Shown here piece by piece: positions 39,361 to 50,622 of a stretch of DNA of 64,000 bases (within the stretch, counting starts at the first letter, position 1; each line of letters begins with the position of its first letter). The stretch is from Acidobacteriota bacterium (GTDB taxonomy: Bacteria > Acidobacteriota > UBA890 > WLXD01). The translations under genes and the position numbers were made by a program. The notes beneath the pieces are model-generated. The model ran no database searches. It saw only the letters and a list, made by a program, of their open reading frames with translations, and was not told the origin of the DNA. The stretch is from contig CBDFKD010000002.1 in NCBI GenBank assembly GCA_965248695.1, forward strand, positions 5,280,001 through 5,344,000, read 5' to 3'.

Positions 39361-39397
39361 ACGGCGTCGCCACGACCATTCAGCCGAGCGCGGAGCA

Positions 39398-40873
39398 ATG
39401 GCCGAAGCCGACCTGCTGGAGTCTCGACGCCAGAAGCTCGCAGCGCTCGAGGCCACGGGTCTCAACGTATTTCCGGCGCGGTTTCCAGTCGATGGGACGC
39501 TGCAACAACTGCGTGCCACGCACGAAGGCGCCACCGGGGAGCAACTCCAGGAGACGCCACCGGCGGTACGAGTCGCCGGTCGGCTAGTCGGGGTCCGGGA
39601 GCACGGCAAATCGGCATTCGGCGACATCGATGACGGCAGCGCCAGACTTCAATGCCATGCGCGACAGAAGGTGTTGGGTGAGGAACGCTTCGGCGCCTGG
39701 TCAGATCTGGACCTGGGCGACTTCGTTGGCATAGAGGGGGTGCTGTTCCGCACCCGCACCGGAGAGCTGACGGTGCGCGTTGACAGCTACCGTCTGCTGT
39801 CCAAGGCGCTCCGGCCGATGCCGGAGAAATGGCATGGCCTGCGCGACAACGAAGTCCGCTACCGGCAGCGCTACCTCGACCTGCTGGCGAATCCGGCCGT
39901 GCGCGCCGTATTCGTGCGCCGAGCCGAGATCGTGCGCGCCTTGCGATCGCATCTCGATTCCAACGGCTTCCTGGAAGTCGAGACGCCCACTCTGCAACCG
40001 CTGTACGGCGGCGCCACGGCGCGGCCATTCGAGACGCATCACAACACGCTCGATATGGATCTCTACCTCCGAATCGCGCCGGAGCTGTACCTCAAACGTC
40101 TGCTCGTGGGCGGACTGCAGCGCGTCTACGACCTGAATCGGAACTTCCGCAACGAAGGGATCTCGAGACAGCACAATCCCGAGTTCACGATGCTCGAGTT
40201 TTACGCCGCGTATTGGGACTACGAACGGATGATGGAGTACGCCGAGGATCTGCTCAGCGCGGCGCTGGGCGACGGCACCGGGGACACCCGCGTCTCCTAT
40301 CAGGGGCACGAGATCTCGCTGCGTCGTCCATGGGCCCGGATGCCGCTACGGCAGGCTCTGCTGGATATCGGCGAGCTCGCCGTAGCGCTGGTCGATGACG
40401 CGGCCGAGCTTGCCGACTGGTTGCAGGCCCAAAACGTGTCGACGGCGGGGTTGGGCCTCGGGGGACTGCGTGAGGCGGCATTCGACAAGGCGGTGAAACC
40501 GAAGGTCAGTTCGCCCCTATTCGTCATCGACTACCCGTTGGAAATCTCGCCGCTGTCGAAGGCGCGGCCGGAGAACCCCGATGAGGTCGAACGCTTCGAG
40601 CTGTTCATCGGCGGCATGGAGGTGGCCAACGGCTACTCTGAGCTCAACGATCCGCGCGAGCAACGCCGTCGCATGCAGGAGCAGGTTGATGGGCGAGGCG
40701 CAGCCGGGGAGGTACCACCGTCCGTCGACACCGATTACATCACGGCGCTCGAACACGGTATGCCCCCGGCAGCAGGTATCGGCATTGGTGTCGATCGCCT
40801 CGTAATGCTTGCTACCGACTCGTCTACGATCCGGGACGTAATCCTATTCCCACTATTACGCCAGAAAGACTAA
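39398..40873 (+). CDS. lysS: Lysine--tRNA ligase (class II)
   Basis: RYRQRYLDL, LRIAPELYLK, FRNEG, GIGVDRL. Confidence 0.97.
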   Translation: MAEADLLESRRQKLAALEATGLNVFPARFPVDGTLQQLRATHEGATGEQLQETPPAVRVAGRLVGVREHGKSAFGDIDDGSARLQCHARQKVLGEERFGAWSDLDLGDFVGIEGVLFRTRTGELTVRVDSYRLLSKALRPMPEKWHGLRDNEVRYRQRYLDLLANPAVRAVFVRRAEIVRALRSHLDSNGFLEVETPTLQPLYGGATARPFETHHNTLDMDLYLRIAPELYLKRLLVGGLQRVYDLNRNFRNEGISRQHNPEFTMLEFYAAYWDYERMMEYAEDLLSAALGDGTGDTRVSYQGHEISLRRPWARMPLRQALLDIGELAVALVDDAAELADWLQAQNVSTAGLGLGGLREAAFDKAVKPKVSSPLFVIDYPLEISPLSKARPENPDEVERFELFIGGMEVANGYSELNDPREQRRRMQEQVDGRGAAGEVPPSVDTDYITALEHGMPPAAGIGIGVDRLVMLATDSSTIRDVILFPLLRQKD

Positions 40874-41007
40874 CCAGATTCATTAAAAGTCACCATTAGT
40901 TAGGCATGGCTTTTTCAGTCCGCTCCTGACTGCTATAGTCTACGTGGAGTCTGCGGTAGCAGACCGGCCGGGGCGTTGATCTCGGTTAGGCACTCTACGA
41001 GGGCAAA

Positions 41008-42285
41008 ATGCGGGAGAGCGGACCCCGATGGCCGGCGAAGCGATTCCAGCTGTACATCGCGCTGCGCTACTTCAAGGCGCGCCGCCAGCAGGCGTTCACT
41101 TCAATCGTGAGCGTTGTCTCCGTCCTGGGCGTGATTGTCGGTGTGGCAGCGCTGATCATCGCGCTGGCGCTGCTCACGGGGTTTCAAGAAGACATCCAGG
41201 ACAAGATCATCGGCGCCAACGCGCACGTCTTCGTGCAGCCGTTCGGCCCGTACCTCGACGACCACGTGATGGTCGTCGAGACGGCGCGCGAAGTCAGCGG
41301 CGTGGTGGATGCCGCACCGGCCTTGCTGACCCCCGGACTGATGGAGGGGCGCTCGCAAACACCGCAGTTCGTCAATCTGAAAGGGATCGATCCGCGCGGC
41401 GAGGCGCGTACCACGCGCCTGCTCGACCGTATGGTGAAGGGGAGTGCCGAAGGCCTCGCGCCTCGCAGCCCGACCTCGACGAGTCGCGACGGCGTGGTCT
41501 TGGGGAGCGATCTGGCCGCCAGCCTGTTCGTCGACGTCGGCGATCAGGTGAAGGTCAGCGTGCATTCGAGCGGCATGATCACTCCGTTCGGCGGCAGCGG
41601 AGGGATCAAGATCACCCGCTTCGACGTTGTGGGCATCTTCGAAGCCGGCATGTACGAGTACGACAACACCTGGGCCCTGATTCCGCTTCAAACAGCTCAG
41701 CGCATGATCGAGTCGGGGGATGGAGTCACGCTGGTGCAGGTACGCGTCGAGGACGCGTTCAACACCGCACCGGTGGTCGAGGAGCTCGGCGACCGGCTCG
41801 GCGAAGGCTATTTCTTGATGGACTGGCAGAGCATGAACCGGGCCTATTTCGCGGCTCTGAAGCTCGAGAAGCTCGCTCTCTTCGTGACCATCAGCCTGAT
41901 CACCGCCGTAGCGGCACTCAACATCGCCGCCACGCTGGTCCTCATGATCAAGGACAAGCAACGCGATATCGGGATCCTGATGGCCCTGGGTACCACCCGG
42001 CGTCAGATCCTCCAGGTCTTCATGATCCAGGGTCTCGCCATCGGCTTGATCGGCACGTTGATCGGCTGCGTCGTCGGCGTGACCGCCGCCGTAGCGCTCG
42101 ATTACTACGAGCTCATCCGGCTGGAAGCGCAGGTTTACTACCTGGCGTACCTGCCGTTCCACGTACGGTCCGTCGACCTGGCGCGAGTGTGCGTCGTAGC
42201 CGTGCTCATCTCGTTCGCGGCGACGCTCTACCCGGCGCGCCGCGCCTCACGACTCGATCCTGTCGTCTCGCTCCGATACGAATAG
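41008..42285 (+). CDS. lolE: Lipoprotein-releasing ABC transporter permease (LolC/E)
   Basis: IALRY, TM1, periplasmic MacB-like domain, IGIL.A.G, LYPA.RA..LDP...LRYE. Confidence 0.9.
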   Translation: MRESGPRWPAKRFQLYIALRYFKARRQQAFTSIVSVVSVLGVIVGVAALIIALALLTGFQEDIQDKIIGANAHVFVQPFGPYLDDHVMVVETAREVSGVVDAAPALLTPGLMEGRSQTPQFVNLKGIDPRGEARTTRLLDRMVKGSAEGLAPRSPTSTSRDGVVLGSDLAASLFVDVGDQVKVSVHSSGMITPFGGSGGIKITRFDVVGIFEAGMYEYDNTWALIPLQTAQRMIESGDGVTLVQVRVEDAFNTAPVVEELGDRLGEGYFLMDWQSMNRAYFAALKLEKLALFVTISLITAVAALNIAATLVLMIKDKQRDIGILMALGTTRRQILQVFMIQGLAIGLIGTLIGCVVGVTAAVALDYYELIRLEAQVYYLAYLPFHVRSVDLARVCVVAVLISFAATLYPARRASRLDPVVSLRYE

Positions 42286-42287
42286 CC

Positions 42288-42995
42288 ATGCCACACGCCG
42301 AAGAGATCCTGAGCGTCGAAGGCCTCCGCAAGAGCTACCGCTCGGGCAGCCGTCAACTACAGGTCCTGGCCGACTGCAACCTCTGCGTATCGGCCGGCGA
42401 GCGCATCGCGGTGATCGGTCAGAGCGGCGTCGGCAAGAGCACGCTGCTCCACCTTCTTGCCGGCCTGGATCGTCCTGACAGCGGCAGCATCCGTTTCCGC
42501 GGCCGCGAGCTGCATACGCTCTCGGAGTCCGAGCTGGCAGCGTTTCGTGGCCGGCACATAGGCCTGGTCTTCCAGTTCTATCACCTGCTGCCGGAGTTCA
42601 ACGCCCTCGAGAACGTCATGATGCCGTTGCTGATCGGTGACGGCGCGGAGACTGCGCCGGCCGTTGCGGCGAGCTTGCTGGCGGACGTGGGGCTGGCGGA
42701 TCGAGCCGATCATTTTCCTTCCGAGCTTTCGGGCGGCGAGCGACAGCGTGTGGCAATCGCGCGCGCATTGGCCCGGCAGCCGGAGATCCTGCTTGCCGAC
42801 GAGCCGACCGGCAACCTCGACCACGACAACGGCATGCGGGTCCTGGATATCTTCTTTCAGCTCCACGAGCGCCTGGGCAACGCCCTGGTGCTCGTTACGC
42901 ACAACCCCGAGTTGGTGGCCGACTTCGATCGCGTGCTCGTGATGGAGCCCGGTGGCCGACTCACCGAGCACACGACAAGCGGGGAAAACCGATGA
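42288..42995 (+). CDS. lolD: Lipoprotein-releasing ABC transporter ATPase
   Basis: [32 protein letters not shown]. Confidence 0.92.
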   Translation: MPHAEEILSVEGLRKSYRSGSRQLQVLADCNLCVSAGERIAVIGQSGVGKSTLLHLLAGLDRPDSGSIRFRGRELHTLSESELAAFRGRHIGLVFQFYHLLPEFNALENVMMPLLIGDGAETAPAVAASLLADVGLADRADHFPSELSGGERQRVAIARALARQPEILLADEPTGNLDHDNGMRVLDIFFQLHERLGNALVLVTHNPELVADFDRVLVMEPGGRLTEHTTSGENR

Positions 42996-43081
42996 ACCGT
43001 CCGCGGAGGGAACGGCCGGTCTGGATGCGACGATTGCCGATGCTCAGCTGCGCCATGGGCTGCTCGGCAGGCGACGAGATC

Positions 43082-43111
43082 TTGGCAGCTGGAAAATCGC
43101 TCCGCTATACT
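43082..43111 (+). promoter_or_regulatory. Putative sigma70 promoter of clpC
   Basis: TTGGCA-18 bp-TATACT. Confidence 0.45.
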
Positions 43112-43220
43112 CGAAATCAAGCGGCGTCTACTGGCGTCGCCCTTGCTGACAGGGGCCCCATTGGACGCGGCGTCAACGCGCGCGGGCTGTACGGGGCTTC
43201 CTGCGACTGGGGCTGGGTCG

Positions 43221-45665
43221 ATGTTTGAGCGCTACACTGAACGAGCTCGACGGGTAATCTTCTTTGCGCGCTACGAAGCCAGCCAGCTGGGTTCGCGCAC
43301 GATCGAGACCGAGCACCTCCTGCTCGGCCTGATCCGCGAGAACAACGGTCTCACCGGCAAGCTCCTGGGTCGATCGGATATCGAGGCGGAGGCCATCCGC
43401 GGAGAGATCCAGACGCGCACCGAAGTACGCGAGAAGATCTCCACATCGGTGGAGATCCCCCTCTCGGTCGAGTCGAAGCGCGTGCTGGCCTACGCCGCCG
43501 AAGAAGCCGAGAAGATGCTGCACAAGTACATCGGCACCGAGCACATCTTGCTGGGATTGCTGCGCGAGAAGAAATCCCTCGCTTCGCGCATCCTGGTCGA
43601 GAAGGGCATGCGCCTTTCGACTGCGCGCGAGGACCTGCTTTACTTGCTGAAGGAAAAGAACCTCAGTGAGAAGAAGAAGGAAACGCCCTTCCTCTCGGAG
43701 TTCTCCCGCGATCTGACCGAGATGGCCGCCAAGGGCAGCCTCGATCCGCTAATCGGACGGGACGACGAGCTCGAGCGCGCCATCCAGATCCTGTGCCGTC
43801 GGACGAAGAACAATCCTGTGCTGATCGGCGAGCCGGGAGTCGGCAAGACGGCGATCGTGGAGGGACTCTCTCAACGGATCGTCAGCGGCGAGGTGCCCCG
43901 GTTCCTCTACGACAAGCGGATTCTGGAGCTCGACATCTCGTCGGTCGTAGCGGGCACGAAGTATCGAGGGCAGTTCGAAGAGCGTCTCAAGACGATCATG
44001 AAGGAGCTACTCGACAACAAAGACATCGTGATCTTTATCGATGAGCTGCACACGCTTGTCGGCGCTGGTTCCGCCGAGGGGTCGCTCGACGCCGCCGGTA
44101 TCCTCAAGCCCGCGCTGGCCCGCGGTGAAGTGCAGTGCATCGGGGCAACGACGCCGCGCGAGCACCGCAAGTACATCGAGAAGGACCGCGCGTTGGCGCG
44201 CCGTTTTCAGGGAATCAACATTGCCCAGCCTACCGAGGAAGAGACCGTCGATATCATCCGCGGGATTCGCGAGCGCTACGAGCAGTACCACGGCGTGAAG
44301 TACAGCGATGAGGCCCTGACCGCCGCCGTCTATCAGAGCAATCGATACATCACCGACCGGTTCCTGCCGGACAAGGCGATCGATGTACTCGATGAGACCG
44401 GCGCCCGGGTCAAGCTCGCCATGACCTCCGCGCCGAATCGTGTTCGCGAGCTCGAGGCTCGCTCGCGAGAGCTGGCGACGCGTCTGGATGCCGCCATTGC
44501 CGATGAGGAATTCGAACAGGCGGCCCACTTCCGCGATCTGATGAAGCGCGAGCGCGAACGCCTCGACCGGCTCCGGGCCGACCGCGGTGAGGAGATCACT
44601 GAAGAGGGGCCGCTGCTGGTGAGCATCGAGGACATCGAACAGGTGGTGTCGAACTGGACAGGAATTCCCATCACCTCCATCAAGCAGGAGGAGATGGACA
44701 AGCTGATCAACATGGAGGAGCAGCTGCACACCCGAATCGTTGCCCAGGAAGAGGCCATCGAGGTCGTTTCCCGGGCCATCCGTCGGTCCCGCGCCGGTCT
44801 CAAGTCACCGTACCGTCCGGTCGGCTCCTTTCTCTTCCTGGGACCCACCGGTGTGGGTAAGACGGAGGTCGCACGAACGCTGGCAGGCTTCCTGTTCGGC
44901 GATGACCGCTCCCTCGTGCGCTTCGACATGTCCGAGTACATGGAGCGACATTCGGTGTCGAAGTTGATCGGATCACCGCCGGGGTACGTGGGGCACGAAG
45001 AGGGCGGCCAGTTGACCGACCAGGTGCGCCGCAATCCCTATAGCGTCGTGCTACTCGACGAGATCGAGAAGGCGCATCCGTCGATCTTTAACATTCTGTT
45101 GCAGGTCTTCGAGGACGGTCAGCTCACCGATGGACTGGGCGCCACAGTCGATTTCAAGAACTGCATCATCATCATGACCTCGAATATCGGCGCTCGTTTC
45201 ATGCAGAAGCGTGGCAGCGTCGGGTTCCGAGCCCTTGATGATGTGGCCACGTTCAGCGACATGCGGAACCGCGTCATCGAAGAGGTGAAGCGAACGTTCA
45301 ATCCGGAATTCTTGAATCGCCTCGACGAGACGATCGTCTTCCACGCCCTCACCGATGAGCACCTGCAGCAGATCATCCGGCTGATGGTCGGCGAGGTGAA
45401 CAAGCACATCGCCGACAAGGACATCCAAGTGGAGCTGGATGACCAGGCCTACCAGTGGCTCATCGACACGACGTGCGCCGATCGGAGCTACGGAGCCCGA
45501 CCGCTCCGACGAGCGATTCAGAAGCACGTTGAAGACGCCCTCGCCGAGGAGCTCATCCGCGGTCGTCTGCGTGCCGGGACACACGTGCTCGTTTCGACCG
45601 ATGGCGACGGGCTGCACCTTGACGTTACGGTGGTGGAGCCAGAGCCCGCAGACGCGGTGGTGTAG
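43221..45665 (+). CDS. clpC: ATP-dependent Clp protease ATP-binding subunit ClpC
   Basis: Clp-N repeats ([11 protein letters not shown]), two AAA+ domains GEPGVGKT and [11 protein letters not shown]-like middle domain. Confidence 0.95.
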   Translation: MFERYTERARRVIFFARYEASQLGSRTIETEHLLLGLIRENNGLTGKLLGRSDIEAEAIRGEIQTRTEVREKISTSVEIPLSVESKRVLAYAAEEAEKMLHKYIGTEHILLGLLREKKSLASRILVEKGMRLSTAREDLLYLLKEKNLSEKKKETPFLSEFSRDLTEMAAKGSLDPLIGRDDELERAIQILCRRTKNNPVLIGEPGVGKTAIVEGLSQRIVSGEVPRFLYDKRILELDISSVVAGTKYRGQFEERLKTIMKELLDNKDIVIFIDELHTLVGAGSAEGSLDAAGILKPALARGEVQCIGATTPREHRKYIEKDRALARRFQGINIAQPTEEETVDIIRGIRERYEQYHGVKYSDEALTAAVYQSNRYITDRFLPDKAIDVLDETGARVKLAMTSAPNRVRELEARSRELATRLDAAIADEEFEQAAHFRDLMKRERERLDRLRADRGEEITEEGPLLVSIEDIEQVVSNWTGIPITSIKQEEMDKLINMEEQLHTRIVAQEEAIEVVSRAIRRSRAGLKSPYRPVGSFLFLGPTGVGKTEVARTLAGFLFGDDRSLVRFDMSEYMERHSVSKLIGSPPGYVGHEEGGQLTDQVRRNPYSVVLLDEIEKAHPSIFNILLQVFEDGQLTDGLGATVDFKNCIIIMTSNIGARFMQKRGSVGFRALDDVATFSDMRNRVIEEVKRTFNPEFLNRLDETIVFHALTDEHLQQIIRLMVGEVNKHIADKDIQVELDDQAYQWLIDTTCADRSYGARPLRRAIQKHVEDALAEELIRGRLRAGTHVLVSTDGDGLHLDVTVVEPEPADAVV

Positions 45666-45819
45666 GCCAGGCCACTCTGACGCGAGCTTCGGCAACGGCC
45701 GGCGGCGACCGGGTCGGGCTGTCAGGCGGCCGATACGGTATCATTGCCCGCATGGTGTGCCCGCGACCCGCCGCGTGGGCGCGAGACGTTCGAGACTCCC
45801 CCCTGCGCCCGAAGACGCC

Positions 45820-48333
45820 ATGAACTTGTTCCCGACCGATCAGCGATGCTATTTCCTCGCCCTTCGGGCTGCGGCCCTGGTGGCGACTGTGCTGACCCTC
45901 GCCGGCCCCCCGAACGTGCTCTTTGCGGCAACGGCCGGCACGTCGGCGGCGCAGGCTGTCGGCTCGACGCAGGTGGCGGGCACGGCGCAGGATCCGCAGG
46001 GCCGCATCATCGAAGAAATCCGCATCACCGGCACCGAGCGATTCGATACGGACACGATCAGCTTCTACATGGCGAGCCGCACCGGTGCACCGTTCGACGA
46101 GGCAACGGCGCAACTCGACTACATGTCGCTGTTCAACACGAACTGGTTCCACAACCTGGTGATGAGCTGGGAGGAAGGCTCCGCCGGGGGCGTCGTGCTG
46201 ATCGTCGAAGTCGACGAGCTGCCGCTGCTCCGACAGGTGCTAATCGAAGGCACCAACAAGGTGAAGCTGCAAGACTTCAATGAGCGCCTGAACCTTATCG
46301 AGCGCTCGGTCCGGGTCAACGAGCCGGTGGACGAGCAGCAGCTGCGTGAGAACATCGAAGTCTTGACCTTCATGCTGCAGGGCGACGACGGATTGCAGTT
46401 CGTGCAGATCGACCTGGAGGTCGAGCCCTCGGAGCTCGGCACTGGTGTTGATGCGATTTACCGGGTCATCGAGGGCGACTCCGTGCGCATCGCCTTGGTG
46501 CAGTTCGAGGGCAACACGGTGTTCAGCGACCAGGAGCTGCGCTGGGCGATGAAGCGCACAGCCGAGCACCATTTCATGTCGTTTCTGAGCAAGAGCGACC
46601 GCTTCTCGCTCGCCGGCTATGAGTTCGACATCGTCGAACTGTCGAAGCTCTACCACCGCAATGGCTACCTCGAATTCGATGCCGACGACCCCATCATCGA
46701 GATCTTCACAGAAGACCGATCGTTGTGGTTCGACGACCGCGAGCGGCTGGCAATCACCGTCCCGATCTACGAGGGTACCCAGTACCGGATTGGCGATATC
46801 ACTATCGAAGGGAACACGGAGTTCAGCGACGAGGAGCTCCTCAGGGATATCGGCCTGCGGCGCGGCGACATCCTCAATATCGAGGAGGTCCAGGCCGCCA
46901 ATCAAGCGGTGGCGGACAAGTACACCAACGCCGGCTATCTGCAGGTCGCCGTCGCGCCGATTCCCACTCAGGATCCGTCCACGGGCACCGCCAACCTGAC
47001 CTATCAGGTGCAGGAGAACTCGATTTACCGGGTTAACCGGATCGAGTTCTCCGGTAACACGAATACGCGCGACTTCGTGTTGCGCCGCAATTTGAATCTG
47101 CACGAGCTGGCGCGTTGGGACCAGCGGCGATTCGACACGAGCATCGAGCGGCTCTGGCGCCTCGGGTACTTTCAGAACGTCGAACACGAGCTGGCGACTG
47201 CGGCACCCGGCGAGAGCCTCGATCCGGCGGTGCCGGCAGATCCGCAATTCGGGTCGGTCGACGTCGACGTGAAAGTCTCGGAGATCGGACGCAATCAGAT
47301 CTCGTTCGGCGGTGGTCTGTCAGCGCTCGAGGGCGGTTTCGTACAGTTCGGCTATTCGACCCGGAACCTGTTCGGCTACGGCCAGACGCTCTCCCTGTTC
47401 GGTCAGGTCGGTAAGCTCCGCCAAAACGTACGCCTGTCGTTCTCGGATCCGTACTTCCTGGGGAAACGGGTCCGTTTCGGTGCCGACATATTCCGTGATG
47501 CAATCGACTTTCCGGACTTCCAGCGCTCGGGTACCGGTGGCGCCATCCGCTTCGGCCTGCCGCTCAACCTCGATGAGACCATCGCCGCATTCCTCGAGTA
47601 CAACTACGAGGTCATCGACATCGGCAACGTCAGCAGCACGCTGGGAAGCATCTCGTCGCCGCTCTTTCAGGCGCTCTTCCTGACGCAGGGCAAGCGGATC
47701 ACCAGCTCGATCCGGCCCTTCGTCTTCCACTCGAAGCTCGACAATCCGTTCATGGCATCACGCGGCAGCCGTACCAGCGCTTCATTCGAGTATGCCGGCG
47801 GACCTCTGGGTGGCACGCTCGATTTCTGGCGTGCGAGCTTGCGCACGACCTGGTACATCCCGACGGTGACGCGCGCCGGGTTCATCCGCACACCGAAGCA
47901 GATCTTCGTGATCAATGTGCGGGCCGATTACGCTGAGCCACTCGGGGATCTGGTGGAGCTACCGATCTTCGAGAGGTTCTTCCTCGGCGGCGGCAACTCG
48001 GTTCGCGGCACCCGACTCCACTCGATTGGCCCGCTGGATGAGCGCGGCAACATCCTCGGTGGCACCAAAGGGCTGCAATACAATCTGGAGTACATCTTCG
48101 CGCTATCTCCGGCGTTGCGGGTGAAGGGGTTCCACGACGCAGGGCAGGCGTGGCTGTCGGACGCGAAGGTCAGCATCAAGGACATGCGCCGTACTGCCGG
48201 CCTGGAGTTCGAGGTGTTCGCACCGGTGTTCAACGTGCCGATGCGTTTTTTCTGGGCCTACAATTTCGAGCCGCTGGAGTTCTTCGGGGAGCAGAAGTCG
48301 ACGTTCGAGTTCGCCATTGGCTCGACGTTCTAG
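45820..48333 (+). CDS. bamA: Outer membrane protein assembly factor BamA
   Basis: POTRA repeats (GN...D..L), ERFFLGG.NSVRG (VRG motif), C-terminal Phe. Confidence 0.93.
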   Translation: MNLFPTDQRCYFLALRAAALVATVLTLAGPPNVLFAATAGTSAAQAVGSTQVAGTAQDPQGRIIEEIRITGTERFDTDTISFYMASRTGAPFDEATAQLDYMSLFNTNWFHNLVMSWEEGSAGGVVLIVEVDELPLLRQVLIEGTNKVKLQDFNERLNLIERSVRVNEPVDEQQLRENIEVLTFMLQGDDGLQFVQIDLEVEPSELGTGVDAIYRVIEGDSVRIALVQFEGNTVFSDQELRWAMKRTAEHHFMSFLSKSDRFSLAGYEFDIVELSKLYHRNGYLEFDADDPIIEIFTEDRSLWFDDRERLAITVPIYEGTQYRIGDITIEGNTEFSDEELLRDIGLRRGDILNIEEVQAANQAVADKYTNAGYLQVAVAPIPTQDPSTGTANLTYQVQENSIYRVNRIEFSGNTNTRDFVLRRNLNLHELARWDQRRFDTSIERLWRLGYFQNVEHELATAAPGESLDPAVPADPQFGSVDVDVKVSEIGRNQISFGGGLSALEGGFVQFGYSTRNLFGYGQTLSLFGQVGKLRQNVRLSFSDPYFLGKRVRFGADIFRDAIDFPDFQRSGTGGAIRFGLPLNLDETIAAFLEYNYEVIDIGNVSSTLGSISSPLFQALFLTQGKRITSSIRPFVFHSKLDNPFMASRGSRTSASFEYAGGPLGGTLDFWRASLRTTWYIPTVTRAGFIRTPKQIFVINVRADYAEPLGDLVELPIFERFFLGGGNSVRGTRLHSIGPLDERGNILGGTKGLQYNLEYIFALSPALRVKGFHDAGQAWLSDAKVSIKDMRRTAGLEFEVFAPVFNVPMRFFWAYNFEPLEFFGEQKSTFEFAIGSTF

Positions 48334-49381
48334 GTCGGCCGCCGGCCTACGGCTGACTGCTGTCGCAGATCTCGTCGGCGGAACCCTCGAAGGTAGCGGC
48401 GACGGCCTGGTTGTCGGAGTGGCAGAGATCGAGCCGGCGCAGAGCGACGAGCTCGCCTTCGTCGTCGATACCAGCCGAGCTGCGGCACTGGCGACGACGG
48501 ACGCAGCGGCGATCCTGGTGGCGCCCGATCTGGAGGTCTCACGCTTCGTCTCGGGTCGGGACCTGACGCTGATTCGGGTCGACGATCCCTACCGCGCTGT
48601 TGCCCTCGTCCTCGACGCCCTGTATCCGGTGCGGCCAGCGGAACCCGGGATTCACCCGAGCGCCGTCGTCGATGTGGCTGCCGACCTGGCGTCCGACGTT
48701 ACTGTGGCCGCCCATGTGGAGATCGGTGCCGACGCTACGGTGGGCGCTCGCACCGAGATCGGCCACGGCAGCACTGTCGCCCGCGGCGTGCAGCTCGGCG
48801 TCGACTGCGTGCTCCATGCGCAGGTGACCCTGTACGAAGGCACCCGCATCGGCGATCGCGTTGTCCTTCACGCCGGCGTGGTGATCGGTGCCGAGGGATT
48901 CGGCTTCGCCCGCCAAGGACTCGACCAACGAAAGATCCCACAGGTCGGCGGCGTCCTTATCGAGGACGACGTGGAGATAGGCGCCGGGTCCTGTATCGAC
49001 CGCGGTACACTGCGCGACACACGCGTCGGCGCCGGGACGAAAATCGACAACCTGGTACAGATCGGCCACAATTGCGACATTGGTCGGTCTTGCGCAATCA
49101 GCGGCCAGGCGGGCCTGTCAGGCAGCACGGTGCTGGAGGACGGCGTAATTGTCGGTGGAAACGTCGGTACCTCCGGCCACCAGGTGATTGGCGCCGGTTC
49201 GATGCTTGCGGCCAAGAGCGGCGTCCACGGGAACCTGCCCGCGGGATCCGTCGTCGGTGGCTACCCACACATGGAAATCGGCCTATGGCGACGCGTGGTC
49301 GCCGCCCTCGCCAAACTGCCGGGGTTGCTGAGGCGTGTTCGGCAACTCGAGAAAGCGTTCGAGAAGCGGGCTGAGGAGTAG
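48317..49381 (+). CDS. lpxD: UDP-3-O-acylglucosamine N-acyltransferase
   Basis: Hexapeptide repeats, GFGF, KIPQ.G.V, KIDNLVQIGHN. Confidence 0.96.
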   Translation: MARRSRSAAGLRLTAVADLVGGTLEGSGDGLVVGVAEIEPAQSDELAFVVDTSRAAALATTDAAAILVAPDLEVSRFVSGRDLTLIRVDDPYRAVALVLDALYPVRPAEPGIHPSAVVDVAADLASDVTVAAHVEIGADATVGARTEIGHGSTVARGVQLGVDCVLHAQVTLYEGTRIGDRVVLHAGVVIGAEGFGFARQGLDQRKIPQVGGVLIEDDVEIGAGSCIDRGTLRDTRVGAGTKIDNLVQIGHNCDIGRSCAISGQAGLSGSTVLEDGVIVGGNVGTSGHQVIGAGSMLAAKSGVHGNLPAGSVVGGYPHMEIGLWRRVVAALAKLPGLLRRVRQLEKAFEKRAEE

Positions 49382-49384
49382 GAT

Positions 49385-49840
49385 TTGACCGTCGACATCT
49401 CGGGCATCATGGCGGCATTGCCGCATCGTTATCCGTTTCTACTGGTTGATCGCATCGTCGAGGTCGATCCTGGCGAGCGGGTCGTCGGCATCAAGAACGT
49501 GACGATGAACGAGCCCTTTTTTCAGGGACATTTCCCGGGCAACCCCGTGATGCCGGGGGTGCTGATCGTCGAGGCGATGGCGCAGACCGGCGCCGTGATG
49601 GCCCTCCGCGAGGGTGGCGAGGAGGTCGCCGGCAGGGTCTTCTACCTCGCCGCAGTCGACAAGGTCCGTTTCCGTCGGCCCGTCGTCCCGGGCGATCAAC
49701 TGCGCATGGAGCTCACGGTGCTCTCAATGCGCCGCAGCAGGTGCAAGATGGCCGGTCGCGCCACGGTGGACGGAGAGCTCGCCGCGGAGGCCGTGCTGCT
49801 ATCGCTGATGGTCGATCCCGGAACCGGACTGGGGCGATGA
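49385..49840 (+). CDS. fabZ: 3-hydroxyacyl-ACP dehydratase
   Basis: LPHRYPFLLVD, GHFPG.PVMPGVL..EA. Confidence 0.97.
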   Translation: MTVDISGIMAALPHRYPFLLVDRIVEVDPGERVVGIKNVTMNEPFFQGHFPGNPVMPGVLIVEAMAQTGAVMALREGGEEVAGRVFYLAAVDKVRFRRPVVPGDQLRMELTVLSMRRSRCKMAGRATVDGELAAEAVLLSLMVDPGTGLGR

Positions 49841-50622
49841 GCCCCTCCGTCCAGTGCCATCCAACCGCCGTCGTTCACGACGGGGCCGATCTCGGTGTCG
49901 GCGTCAAGTTGGGGCCCTACGCGATCGTCAACCCCACCGCCCGCATCGGCGACGGCTCGGAGATCGGCGCCTTCGCCGTGATTCACGATCACACCGACCT
50001 GGGGGCCGAAACGCGTGTCTTCCCGCACGCGTCGGTGGGTTCCGAGCCCCAGGACCTCAAGTTCGGTGGCGAGGTGTCGTTCCTGGAGGCCGCCGAGCGC
50101 AATACCTTTCGCGAGTTCGTTACCGCCAACCGGGGTACGGCGGGGGGGGGCGGGGTGACCCGCATCGGCTCCGACAACATGTTCATGGCGTACTCCCATA
50201 TCGCCCACGACTGCCAGGTCGGAGATCACACCATCTTCGGGAACGCGGCCACCCTCGCCGGGCACGTCCAAATCGGCGACCACGCCATCCTCAATGCGTT
50301 TTGCGGTGTACAGCAGTTCGTCCGTGTCGGCGCCCACGCTTACCTGGCAGCCTACGCCGGGCTGACCAAGGACGTCGTGCCGTTCGCCCGCGCGCACGGC
50401 AATCACGTGCGCATCCTGGGATTGAACTCCGTGGGCCTACAGCGGCGTGGCTTCAGCGACGCGTCGCGTCGCGACCTCAAGCAGGCCTTTCGCATCCTGT
50501 TCCGCGAGAAGCTGAACACGACGCAGGCGCTGGAGAAGATATCCATGACCGGCCTGAACGGTCCGGAGATCGACCAGCTGGTGTCGTTCGTGCAGAGCAG
50601 TGAGCTCGGAATCGCCAAGTAA
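49837..50622 (+). CDS. lpxA: Acyl-ACP--UDP-N-acetylglucosamine acyltransferase
   Basis: PQDLKF, HIAHDC, LAGHV, GLN.VGL.RRG. Confidence 0.96.
   Translation: MSPSVQCHPTAVVHDGADLGVGVKLGPYAIVNPTARIGDGSEIGAFAVIHDHTDLGAETRVFPHASVGSEPQDLKFGGEVSFLEAAERNTFREFVTANRGTAGGGGVTRIGSDNMFMAYSHIAHDCQVGDHTIFGNAATLAGHVQIGDHAILNAFCGVQQFVRVGAHAYLAAYAGLTKDVVPFARAHGNHVRILGLNSVGLQRRGFSDASRRDLKQAFRILFREKLNTTQALEKISMTGLNGPEIDQLVSFVQSSELGIAK

Noticed and set aside
50142-50150. G9 homopolymer in lpxA as a phase-variation tract
   Set aside because: In frame, encodes the normal Gly-rich turn of LpxA, and the gene is a housekeeping lipid A gene.
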